Below, piece after piece: positions 21,892 to 32,479 of a DNA stretch of 64,000 nucleotides (position 1 is the first letter of the stretch; every line of letters begins with the position of its first letter). The stretch spans positions 7,130,001 through 7,194,000 of the forward strand of contig CM060734.1 in assembly GCA_030704615.1 (NCBI GenBank), in the 5' to 3' direction. Below the pieces are notes generated by a model. It saw only the letters and a program-made list of their open reading frames with translations. It did not search any database and was not told the origin of the DNA. This stretch comes from Takakia lepidozioides. Its lineage: Eukaryota; Plantae; Bryophyta. Made by a program: the position numbers and the translations under genes.

Positions 21892-23030
21892 GGCTGCTGC
21901 CTTGCCGTCCTGAAAGCTCGAGGAGGCAGGCCCACGCGCAGAGAAAAGCAAATCGCCTCCAGGGTGTGATACCCCACCCAACTGAGGTCGAGTTTTGGAG
22001 TTAATGAGCTCTTGGTGCCTGGAGAAGCCTGGAGGGGAACGGCCTCGGGAACCCGTAGATAACCCGGGAACAGGTTGTAATGGCAAAAACGTTTTGGTGT
22101 TAAAAAAAAAAGGGGGGGGCCTTTTTTATCTAATTTAAATGTTTAAAGAGCCTGGTTGGTCATATCTTTGTCAAATGAGCTCCGTTTGACTCAGTTTTTG
22201 AGGGGATAGCTGCAGAAAGGGGAAATCTACCTATCTAGACATGGTTTTTGTTTTTGGGACTCTGCTAAAAATCTATGGAATTTTTAGAGTGTGAGTGTGC
22301 CATGAAAGATCCACAATCCTGTCTCTAGAACCTGTGCTGGTCTATATGAGAGACAAATTTGTGGATGTACTCCTTGCATGGCTAGGGGAAATGAGGACGT
22401 AATTGAAGGGCAGATCTCTTCTCTTAGCTTGTGCACACAAGGGGACAGGATTTATGTTTCCCAAGGAACTCAGACTGATTTGAGTGGAGAACAGTTGGAC
22501 GAGTTGATTGCATAGATCAGGATTAGATCTTGCTTGGGCGGACTTCTATTCTTCCCCTCCATCTCTGTACTATTTTCATTACCTTGTACTCGTAGTTGCC
22601 AAAGCCTCTCTTGGTGGAGGCCAGTCAGTCCGGGGTTTTGGGCTGGGATATTCTGCAGGATCAGCATTGCAGCTGGATTTTGGTGTGGGGGTTGATGTTT
22701 TGATTTCTTGTGTTTGGATCCCCCCCCAACACCTGCATGCTTGACTGTGCGCCATGTTGGTTTTGTGTGGGCGCTTGCTTTCATAGGGATTAGGCTGGAT
22801 TTGATCACCGGTCAATCCTAGAGTATGCTGTCGGTGGTGAGGCTGGAGTGATGACCAGCAAGACCACCAGTGTTTCTTCTATGGTGGGGCTGGGTTGATG
22901 ACCAGCCAACCATAGGAGTTCTTGCGGTGGATGCAGGTGCAGGTGCCCTGAGCCATTGGGATATGACCCTTAAACTGCAACAGGTGCCCCCGTGTCACTA
23001 TTAGATTAGTACTAGAGCCTATAGTGTTAC

Positions 23031-23282
23031 GTGGAGGAGGTGCACATTGTGAGTGTCATTACGGAGTTACCCAAGGGTTTTGAGGGGAGTACGGCTACAG
23101 GCAGTAACAGTGAGAGTGGGTTCACAAGACGAGGTATTCGGTTCAGACCACCTTCACCGCCACCCTCAATTACTGTAGAGTTAGACACAGACTCGGAGGC
23201 TTCATCAACAGGTATGCACTTTCATTCGCCATTGTTGTGGGACGACATGGAGGAGATGTATGGAGCTACCAAGGGGCCTCGT
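23031..23282 (+). CDS. Probable gag N-terminus left of the internal inversion
   Basis: ...WDDMEEMYGATKGPR breaks at 23282; the apparent continuation YFGAVGTIELDDF lies on the - strand at 28951. Confidence 0.6.
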
Positions 23283-25020
23283 TGGCTGCCGTGTCTCCAG
23301 TGCGGAGGTAGTCCAACACAACTGAATCCTCATGTATATCTTTGGCGCCACCTTGCTCATTGCTGGCCTCAGGGTCCTCAGACACTTGATCTACAGTCAT
23401 CCCTGTTGCAGGTCCAACCTGGCCTTCCGCTGCCAAGATACACAGAAATGCAGATGCATGCCATCCGGGCACCATCTCCTCGTCCGTCTCACCATGCCAC
23501 CGAGCTCCAGTGTCATCCTGTTGGCTCGTGCATGGATTGCGACTCAACCCATCTGCATTGCGATTGACCAAACCCGGTCGATGCACCACCTGAAAGTCAT
23601 ACTCTTGAAGGATGAGTGCCCACCGTGCAAGCTTCCCCGTAAGCTTGTCTGACTCCATCAACCATTTGAGTGGTTGGTGATCCGTGACAAAGGTGAAGAG
23701 ATTGCCGTATAGATAGCACCTGAAGTGTGCCACGGCCCACACTGCAGCTAAGCATTCTCCCTCATATGAGCTATACTTAGACTCTGCAGCGTTGTTCGAG
23801 CGGCTAGCATAAGTCACTACGAACTCTCTTCCCTCATCATCCACCTGTGTGAGCACCGCTCAAGCCCCAGCATGCTCCAATCTGTATGCAGCTGAAAAGA
23901 ACGCCCCCTGATAGGTCGTCTCAAGATGGGCGCCGAGGTCAACCTCGCCTTGAGCTCTTGAAAAGCTTGTTCTTGCTCATCTTCCCACTGCCACTCCTGG
24001 TCCAGCTTGGTTAGAGCCTTTGCAATGGCACTAAATCCTTTAACAAACCGTCTGTAATAGTTTGCTAAACCCATGAAAGCTCGAACTCGGCTCACATCCG
24101 TGGGGCGTGGAACCTGTGCAATGGACTCTACCTTAGTCTGCTGTACCCCCAATCCTCCAGGATATATCATGTGACCCAGATACTCAATCTGGTTGTGAAA
24201 AAAACTTGCACTTGCCCGGATGTAACTTCAATCCGTGCGTCCTTAAGCGCTCAAATACCCCCTGAAGGTGTCTCTCATGCTCCTCCACCGTAGCACTAAA
24301 GATGATGATGTCATCTATGTAGCACCGAGCAAACTCCACCCCTGCTAGAATCCTGTCCATGACTCTTTGAAACTCAGCGGGAGCGTTTTTAAGCCCAAAT
24401 GGTAAGAACCTCCACTGGTATAGGCAATCCTTCCCGTGCTCATTGATCCCCCAGAATGCCGTCTTTTGCTTATCCGCCTCTTTGATCGGCAACTGGTGAT
24501 ATCCGGATCGTAAATCCAACGTGCTAAAGACCTTGGAATGCCCAATGGCATCAAAGATCTCCTCTGGTGTTGGCATGCCATACCTATCGGACTTGGTCTG
24601 ACGATTTACAGGCCGGTAATCACCGCACATACGTCTCTCCGTCCAATTGCCATAGACATCCTTCTTAGCTGGCATCACTGTGGCTGAAGAATACTCTCCA
24701 CCAAAGAGCTCCACCAAACCTGCCTCCCAGAGATCTTGAGTCCTCATCTGAATCAAAGACCTCTCCATGTCACTGTATCTATAGGGTCTCCGAAAGATTG
24801 GCGTGTCAGTGGCCAACTCAATACGGATCTCTTGACCCTTCAGTGCTCCCAAGTCCTTCAAATTGAAGGCAAAGCAATTCCTGTAAGCCCTTAGGAACCG
24901 CCGTATACGTCGTCTCTCTCCTCCGGTGACAATGGGTCCAATGTCAGGCTCCCAATTGTCCTCCGTAACTGCAACCTTAAGTCCAGTGGGCTTAGAGGTA
25001 GAGGACGCGTCCCGTGGTTG
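23283..25020 (-). CDS. Reverse transcriptase and RNase H of Ty3/gypsy pol (inverted segment, frameshifted)
   Basis: RMCGDYRPVN, LDLRSGYHQL, LPFGLKNAP, YIDD; LHTDWS, YASRSNN, EGECLA, TDHQPL, NADGLSR. Confidence 0.95.
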
Positions 25021-25314
25021 CTATGCTGCAACCTCTTGAGCAGTACTCCCTTCCTGCTCAGTCAATGACAAGGCCTCATCCTGCCCCATCATCTCATCAT
25101 TGAGAGCCTCCTCATCCCGAGAAGAATCCCCAACCTCATCCATCACAGCTGCCTTGGCTGCCAACTCCCTCTGAACCTCGAGCACCTCCCACGTGTGCCA
25201 TGGATGTCTACACCCCGTGGTCCTCACCGGCTCGGCCCCACTCGCTGCCTGTACCGTCTCGGTAGGCAGAGAGACCATGAAGGGGAGTGCACTCCGCACT
25301 CTACGTTGCTCAGC

Positions 25315-26280
25315 CATAGCCAAGCTGATAATCCAGGTCAAGCAATTGAGATCCATTGCTTGCCCCAACACCTGACGCCGTGATGCCTCAGAAAGAGAAG
25401 GCACCGCCGTGGTCCCAGTGGAAAACCCCATAGCCTGCTCTCGCTGGTCGGCATTAGGCTCCACTAACTGCTGCAACTGAGCATCCCACAGGAGGCCAGG
25501 TCCACCATCCCGAAAAGCATGAGATCCTGGGAAGCTGAGCAGTGTAGGTAGTGCTGCTCGTGGTTGACCCACCCTGTTGACCACTGCCAAAGGCGAACGG
25601 TCATCGTGTCTCACACGTTGAGACTGCCTCTCTGTGTCCAAAATGTTGTCCACTATGAGGTGTGTTGGCCGCTGCACCCCATCAAATGCACGCTTGAGCA
25701 GTGCGGGTGGCATCAAGTTAGTCCACCATAGCCGTGGACGATGAGCCCGTGATCCCACTGCAGCTACATCCAGCAGCACTGCTGACCCAAGCCACGACCG
25801 GACTTGATGCACACTGGCCATCACCCTGGCCCAAGAATCGCCCATCAGTGGCACATTCTCCAAGATGTATGCTGGCGATACAACTTGATGAAGCTGCAAG
25901 TGGCGCAAAATCCGCACCATCTCCCAAAACAGACCCGTCCTCGAGTCTCGCAATCCATTGCCATGCCCAGCTGATGAATGCCCTTGGCAGGGCCAACCTG
26001 CCACTACCAGATCAATGGAGCCAACCTGCTCCAAATCCGGCGCCCCCAACAACGAAATGTCTACTGGCAAGGCTGTTGGTATCCACGAACAGACACTGGC
26101 AACAAAGCAGGGTACTGCTGTACCAACTGAGCAACATGGCGCAGTGAGACGCGTTGTGCAGTCTCATCCCTCTCCACATACAGGTAACGCCTTACCCGCA
26201 CACCTGCCTGTAGCACAGCAGCCAATCCGGTGCTGATCCCGCCAAACAAGTCCAGAAGGCAAATGCCTTCATCTGGATAT
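25315..26280 (-). CDS. C5 cytosine DNA methyltransferase domain (DNMT3-like) inside pol, one frameshift near 26065
   Basis: Motif I LDLFGGISTG, IV AGWPCQG, VI ILENV, VIII AHRPRLWWTNL, IX EQAMGF, X RRQVLGQAM. Confidence 0.93.
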
Positions 26281-26599
26281 TGCCACACAATAGGTGTGGT
26301 ATCCAATGGTGACAACTGAGGTGGTCCTGGTGCAATACCCGCACTCTCCTCCTCTCCTAACGGTACAAAAGCCTCTACCCAGGCTTGTTGCACCCGTCGA
26401 TCAGCAACCTGCTGCAAATCCTTGCTCGTACCCCACAATGGAGTGTGAGCAACCATGGCAAGCAACTCCGCCACACCATGCATGTCATCCTGCTGTGCTG
26501 GAGGTGGCACATCCTCTGCATGGGCATTGCCTTCCAGCAACTCTCCAGGCCAACTAACTGCAGCTGTAAAGGCGGCTAGTGTTGGCATCTTGCCCCGTT

Positions 26600-28951
26600 G
26601 GGCAGCCGCAATACCCCCAATGAATGTCACAGGGAGCTGTGCATGACGACCATCCCCTGACTGCCATCCAGGCCTGTAGAATGCTGACTCCTCCCAAAAG
26701 TCCAGGGTGAAGCCCATGGGGTATAACACTGCCCCACCAACGATGACATCGTAAGAGACCGCGTCTGTCACAATGGCCTTGGCTCGCATTACTGAGCCAT
26801 CGATAGGATGATCCGGCTGCAGTCTAATGGCCAACTGATGCCGTGTCATGCCCCGAGCCTGCTCTGATCCTCCCAGAGATGTCTGTATCTGGAAAGGACA
26901 AGGCTCCATATCCGCCTCCATGAGGCCCAAACTGCAATAGCAGCTCTGCCCAACATCAGTGGCTGAGCTCCCGAGTCCAACAAGACCCGCAGTGGCCGGT
27001 ACTTCTTGCCTGCCGGTCCACTCAAAGAGAAAATGCCATCCTGGTTGTCTAACAAGACAACTCCAGGTGTCACCATGGCGTGCTCAAAGGCTGGCCTAGC
27101 TGGCAGCTCCGTCAACCTGGCAGCTGCAGCTTGCCAGGGCGCAGCCGTGGCAGTCTTGACCCTCAAATCCGAGTATCCCTCTGCCACTACACCTTCCACT
27201 AACTCCGTAGAAGATGAAGTGACCTCCCCACTCTCACAGAGTGTTGCTGCTAGTCTGAACACTGCAGCTGGTCTTACCCCCGGCGTCGCAATCATGGTTG
27301 CCGAGAACAGTGGGGCTTGACACACAGAGGTGGCTGCCCCCAATAACACACCGGCTGCACTAGTCTTGGTAGCAGGTGTCAGTGCTGCACGTGTAGCTCT
27401 CCCCAATGGCATAGAAACCTCCGCCTCGGTAACAGTCGGGCGAGAGCTAGGTGCCATGGATGGCGTTGACACTGTCTCCGCCAAGGTGAATGACTGAGGC
27501 AGCCTCGCTTGACGGCTTGCCTCCCCACGTTGTGGATCCAACTCCACCTCTGCACCTCGTGGCTCATGAACTCGTGCTGCTCCTCGAGTCACGGCTGCGG
27601 CAGACTCCACCTGCTCTAGTGGTAGTGCTGCTCCGCACATGAATCCCATGCCTCCCATATCTCCTCCCTCAGGAGCAGGAGGTGGACCATCCCGCTTGGG
27701 AGCCGGTACCGCCTGAGCTATAGCCATGGCAGCGAGCCTCTGCTCTAGCTGCTGAAGCCGATTGGCCATGCCTTGGTCAACACCCTTACCTCCGCGTCCT
27801 TGGCCATGTGGAGCTTGCCCTTGGCCTGCACCTCGTGCCCGACCACCTCGTCCTCTTTGGGCTGGTCCACCTCGCCCCCGGCCACCATTATTCCCTGGGC
27901 GCAACTCAGGATGCAAGTCATAACACTGGGCATCTCCATGCCCATACTTGCCGCAATGCCCACACTGCAACTATGCAGGCTGTGCTTGTGCCGGCCTTTT
28001 GCCACTCTCTGGGCAATCTCTCTTGACATGGGGTCCTCCACATGTCCAACATATCACCCCTGGTTGCTGTTGGCCTGCAAAAGATGCCACGGGCCTCTGC
28101 ACCTGAGGTCCCCTGTAAGCTCCATGGAACTTGGGCTGGGCAACCTTGCCCCCTGACCACGCTGTTAGGCAGTCCCTTGTGCCTGTGGGCTGACAGCTGT
28201 GCCCCGTGCAGGCATGTCCTTGCCAAATCCAATTGTAACAACTCGCTCCTCCACCATGTTGAGCTCAATCCGCTCAGCCAGCAGAAACACATCTGCTAAT
28301 GTGGGTTGGGCTGCTTGCAACAGGGTTGCATCTCGCACCCTTCTCTTGAGCTCCTTGTCCAAAATTCCATACCAAAACTGGATTGCCTGAGCTTCAGTAA
28401 CCCCTTGGGTCACACTTATCAAGCGCCTCATACGAGTGTACGCCTCTCACAGGCTCTCACTGGGTTTGCGCTGGAAGTCTTGCAAACTTCGCAGCTTCTC
28501 TGTCCGTACACCTTGGTAGTTCCTCCGCAACTCCTGGAAGAACTCCACCACCGGGTTAAATCTAGGCACATGTGTTGTAGTCGTGGCAGGAGGAGTAGTA
28601 GCACCTTTTGAACTGGTACCACCTACAGAAGTACCAGCACTACTTGCTCCACTACTAGTGCTGGCAGTGGGAGCTATTGGTACTGATGCAGCTACTGGTC
28701 GCGTCGTGCCTCGAGTAATGGAGACGTAGTCAGGTGACCAATACATCCTCCACTCCTCAATCTCCGCTTCATGTCCTCGCATGAACTCGTGGTAATCGTC
28801 CATAGGCGGGCCTTCCAAATGCTGGAACAGTCCCTTCCACGCCATGAATGGGGTGAATAGCTGTGGATTGCGCATTTGCTGCAAATCACACCAGCTGTCG
28901 AACTCCTGGATAAAGTCATCCAACTCGATTGTGCCCACAGCTCCAAAGTAC
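26600..28951 (-). CDS. Gag (two CCHC knuckles) and aspartic protease (inverted segment, frameshifted)
   Basis: LDDFIQEFDSWCD gag core; CWTCGGPHVKRDC and CGHCGKYGHGDAQC; VLLDSGAQ...YDVIVG protease. Confidence 0.9.
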
Positions 28952-30322
28952 AGGGATCGGATCCTACGACGAGCCAAGAGGTTCAAGTGGGAGGGGACAC
29001 ACCTGCTCCGAGTGTGGGAGGATGGTCGAGTGAGGATTGTGCCTCACCCAACACAACGGGCACGGTTAGTGCGCCATGCCCATGAGGAGTTGGGGCATTT
29101 TTGGGGTGCGACGCACTCATAGTCTACTGCAGGGGCAGTATTGGTGGCATGGTATGCACACAGAGGTGCAACAATTTGTGGCTAGGTGCATGGTGTGTGA
29201 CAGGGTGCGTGCTTCATTCAACGCCCCTACTCTACAATTGCACCCTCTTCCGATCATGGGATTGGGCTATAGGTGGAGTCTTGACTTCGCAGGCCCATTG
29301 CCACTGACCATGCGCCACAACAAGTACGTGTTGGTGATGGTGGAGCACTTCTCCAAGTGGATTGAATTGGTTCCATTGCCTGATAAGGCTAGTGAGGGAG
29401 CTGCGTATGCATTCTTGGATTGTGTGCTTAGCCGATTCGGTGCTCCAGCTGAGGTACTCACGGACCAAGGGAGAGAGTTCTTGGGGGAGTTTCAGGCTTT
29501 GTGTGACAAGGCCTTGATAGACCACCGCACCACTTCTCGGGATCATCCTGAGGCCGATGGCTTAGCAGAGAGAGTTGTTCAGACAGTAAAGAGGGGTTTG
29601 CGCAAGTATGGCTTGCAGAAGGGACACCTAGGGATTGGGACCTTCAGTTACCCTGGTTAGCCATGGGCTACACGTTCAGCAAGCAAGCATCACTTGCCTC
29701 CTTCTCACCATACTTTCTTCTCTTTGGCCGAGAGCCGGATTTGCCTACATCCATTCGCAGAGAAGCTGCTACAGTTCTTAACCTTGACGATCCGGACGTG
29801 TGGGCACGTGCATGTGAGCAGCGTGCAGAGTTGTTCAAGAGAGTCATGCCCATGGCTTTCGAGAACCTTGCCATTGCACAACACCGTGATACGTTGAGGT
29901 ATGCTACCATACGTGGTGGGGGCTATCATCCTGGGGTTCGGAGATTCAACCCTGGTGACTATGTCTATCTGCAGCAGACTGCCCCTACGACCCTGGATGT
30001 GACTGCAGGACGTGTTATTTTGAGGGTTCGAGAGGTCTTGCCTTCAGGCGTCTTGGTCTTGGAGGGTCGGGATGGCATAACTTGGAAGGACCATGTGCGT
30101 AATTGTGCGCCATGTCACCTTCCGAATGTCGATGGCAGGATTGACCCAAACCTGGCAGTGGTATCTGCAGGTTTGAGGTGCATGTTGTGTGGGTCTGCTA
30201 AAGGGGCAGCCACCATGCTGGTGTGTGATCGATGCTCTAGAGGTTGGCATATAGGATGCTTGACTCCACCTCTTGAGATGGTTCCGGATGGGGATTGGTT
30301 ATGTCCACATTGCATTGGATAG
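28952..30322 (+). CDS. DDE integrase with C-terminal PHD finger (30179-30313); frameshifts
   Basis: HEELGH/CMVC zinc domain, LDFAGP...TDQG...GLAER, GDYVY motif, CMLC..CDRC..WHIGC..WLCPHC. Confidence 0.95.
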
Positions 30323-30582
30323 TGGGAGTGGATACAACCATGGAAGGCTAACAAGAAACGCAAGGCCCAGCTATTAGGAGACCTTGAACACACGAGGTCC
30401 TGGCTCAAGTTCACAGATTGCAAGACGGCGACTAACGATAGGGCTACTCTTGTACCCGGCCTCTTGGTCTATAGGGTTTGAGTGCAATAGGGACAGTGAT
30501 AGAGGACTTAGTACGGCTGTGGCTATTACATCTTGTAGCTATCTGGAGTTAGAGGGACCTATCCACCAGCTAGGGGGGCGAT

Positions 30583-31112
30583 TGTGGCAAACTACTTTAT
30601 TGTGCATATATGTGTGGTGTGGTTTGGACAGCGATGTAGTTGTGTAGCGATACGTATGCGCACGACAGCTGTCAAGTTAAATAAGCACAGTGTGAAACTA
30701 GCTAGAATAAAGCTAGTTATTTGTATTTAACACTTGGATTTAGGTCAAGTGTTAAATCAGGTGTCAAGTTTAGTTTGACACCTGACCCGTCTTATCTTCA
30801 CGAGAGCAGCAGTCGCGCGGCTCATCTCTCTCGAGTTGAGCCTGCGCGACCGAGCTCCTGCATCGTTTAGGACTGAGTGTGCTCATGATGGGAGTGTAGG
30901 TTGCTGGGGTGGAGTCCCCACAGCTTGGGGGGTGCCCCTGGCTCGACTTCTGTTTTAACGAGTGATGTTGAGGGATTTCATATTTCTTGTGTTGAGAGTG
31001 TGTGTCCTTTTAGCTTTTCTTATCGATTGTGGCAGACTACTTTATTGTGCATATATGTGTGGTGTGGTTTGGACAGCGATGTAGTTGTGTAGCGATACGT
31101 ATGCACACGACA
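30583..31112 (+). repeat. 3' terminal block: B1 (30583-30667), GC, A2 (30670-31021), B2 (31028-31112)
   Basis: 85-bp B repeats differ by 2 nt; PPT TAGGGGGG at 30571-30578 just upstream. Confidence 0.95.
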
Positions 31113-31772
31113 AAGGGAGTGGTTGCAAAAGGAGATTCTCTCGGTGTTAGAAAGGAGCTTGAGGAGCAGGGTCGTATGCGCCATCTATGGGCCAAACAAA
31201 ATGGTGTGGACCCAAAGGGTGTTGTACAGTGGAAGTATAGGCGCGTACCTTGGCAATGGACAAAGGAGGAATACAAGAATGTGATAGCCACCATAGGTGC
31301 TGTCCAAACACCAACTGGTTATGGGTCATCCCTCCGTATGAAGTTCAACGAAGATGAGGTCCATGGTTTGAAGTCTCATGACTACCACAATATTTTGCAA
31401 AACATCTTGCCCATTGCAGTACGTGGGACATTAACTCCCGAGGTTTGCGAGACAATCTACATATTGGGAGGCTTTTTCTGGTGGATTTGCTCCAAAGAGT
31501 TGGAGAAAGCGGATTTTCCACGCATGAAGAAAGAGGCGGCGGAGGTAATGTGTATGTTGGAGATGAACCTTCCTCCCTCCTTCTTTGACATCCAAGTGCA
31601 CTTGGTAGTGCACTTAGTGGAAGAGGCTTCGATTGCCGGCCCCGTTCATTCTCGGTGGATGTACTTCATTGAGCATTACATAAAGACTTTGAAAGCATTT
31701 GTAAGACAAGTGGCACACCCGGAGGGTAGCATGACGGAGGGGTATACATTGCAAGAAGATATGTTCTATTGC
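31113..31772 (+). pseudogene. CACTA transposase, downstream part (DUF4218-type region)
   Basis: GLKSHDYH, PPSFFDIQVHLVVHL, GPVHSRWMYFIE, HPEGSM. Confidence 0.92.
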
Positions 31773-32214
31773 AAAACAGAAAGCAGAGGAGGCCGCAAAG
31801 CAGAAAGTACTGAAGAAGTCGGCCAAGGCGGCAACGTTGGCCAAGGAGCAGATGGACAAACAGACAGCTGAGCAGCCGAAGGAGAAGAAGAAAAGAATGT
31901 GGAAATAGGGGCAAGAGATGAAGAGCCCCACACCTAAGAAGAAGAAGCACCAAGAAACTCAGGCAGACAATTTAGACGATGAATTCCAGTAGGACAACAC
32001 CCAAAGGGCCACACCTCGTGTGAAAATTCAGAAGGGCCAACGTTCCGGGGGGTCAACTGCGAAGAGGGCACTGTACGAGGATCCACCTTGCAGACCCTAC
32101 ACTGGGGTGCGCATTCCAGACATGGAACCCTTCAATACACCCACAATCGTCAAATGTGTCAATGAAGGTTTCATAGGTGCTCTGACTACAAGGCAGGAGA
32201 AAATGAAGCTTTAA
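31773..32214 (+). pseudogene. Fragment homologous to the N-terminal part of the Mutator accessory (MTase-like) gene
   Basis: TPKKKK...RSGGSTAKRALYEDPPCRPY...PTIVKCVNEGFIGAL vs TPKKKK...RSGTGSAKKLAFEGEPTRRY...PTIIQCVNESFLDAL at 38520-38810 (-). Confidence 0.7.
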
Positions 32215-32279
32215 GAATATTCACCTCACTGCGCTTTGCTCCCTAACAGCTATCATAACCAATAAGCGACAACTCGAGT

Positions 32280-32479
32280 CCAATCCCTCTGCGGTACCCA
32301 GGGTACCCCCGGATACCCTAGGTACCCCAGGTACCGCTATCCTATCTACTTCTTCCCTTTGGTTACCGGGTGTCCCATGGAGACCTGTTTCTTATATAGG
32401 GCCCACCCCCGAAAGGGGGCAGTAATCGTGAGGCAAAGTGGCTCTTAGTTACGCCGGTTTCGGCCGGAGTTTTCTCTCT
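32280..32479 (+). mobile_element. 5'-truncated 3' end of the Dualen-like LINE family
   Basis: GGTACC-rich tract then TAGGGCCCACCCCC...AGTTACGCCGGTTTCGGCCGGAG(TC)n, matching the LINE 3' end at 46738-46850 plus 36572-36649 (-). Confidence 0.75.

Larger units (their letters stand above)
19736..31112 (+). mobile_element. Full-length Ty3/gypsy-like retrotransposon with DNMT and PHD domains and split direct repeats (A1...B1-A2-B2); 4-bp TSD AAGG
   Basis: Termini TGTC...GACA; AAGG at 19732-19735 and 31113-31116; removing the element and one TSD restores the CACTA frame PAKKGVVAKGD. Confidence 0.92.

Noticed and set aside
21553-22086. Functional RPS7 gene
   Set aside because: Only ~37 N-terminal codons match, and they are embedded in retrotransposon cargo
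30583-31112. TRIM or mini-LTR element made of two 85-bp LTRs
   Set aside because: There is no TSD around B1-B2 alone, the interior equals A1, and the TSD pairs A1 with B2
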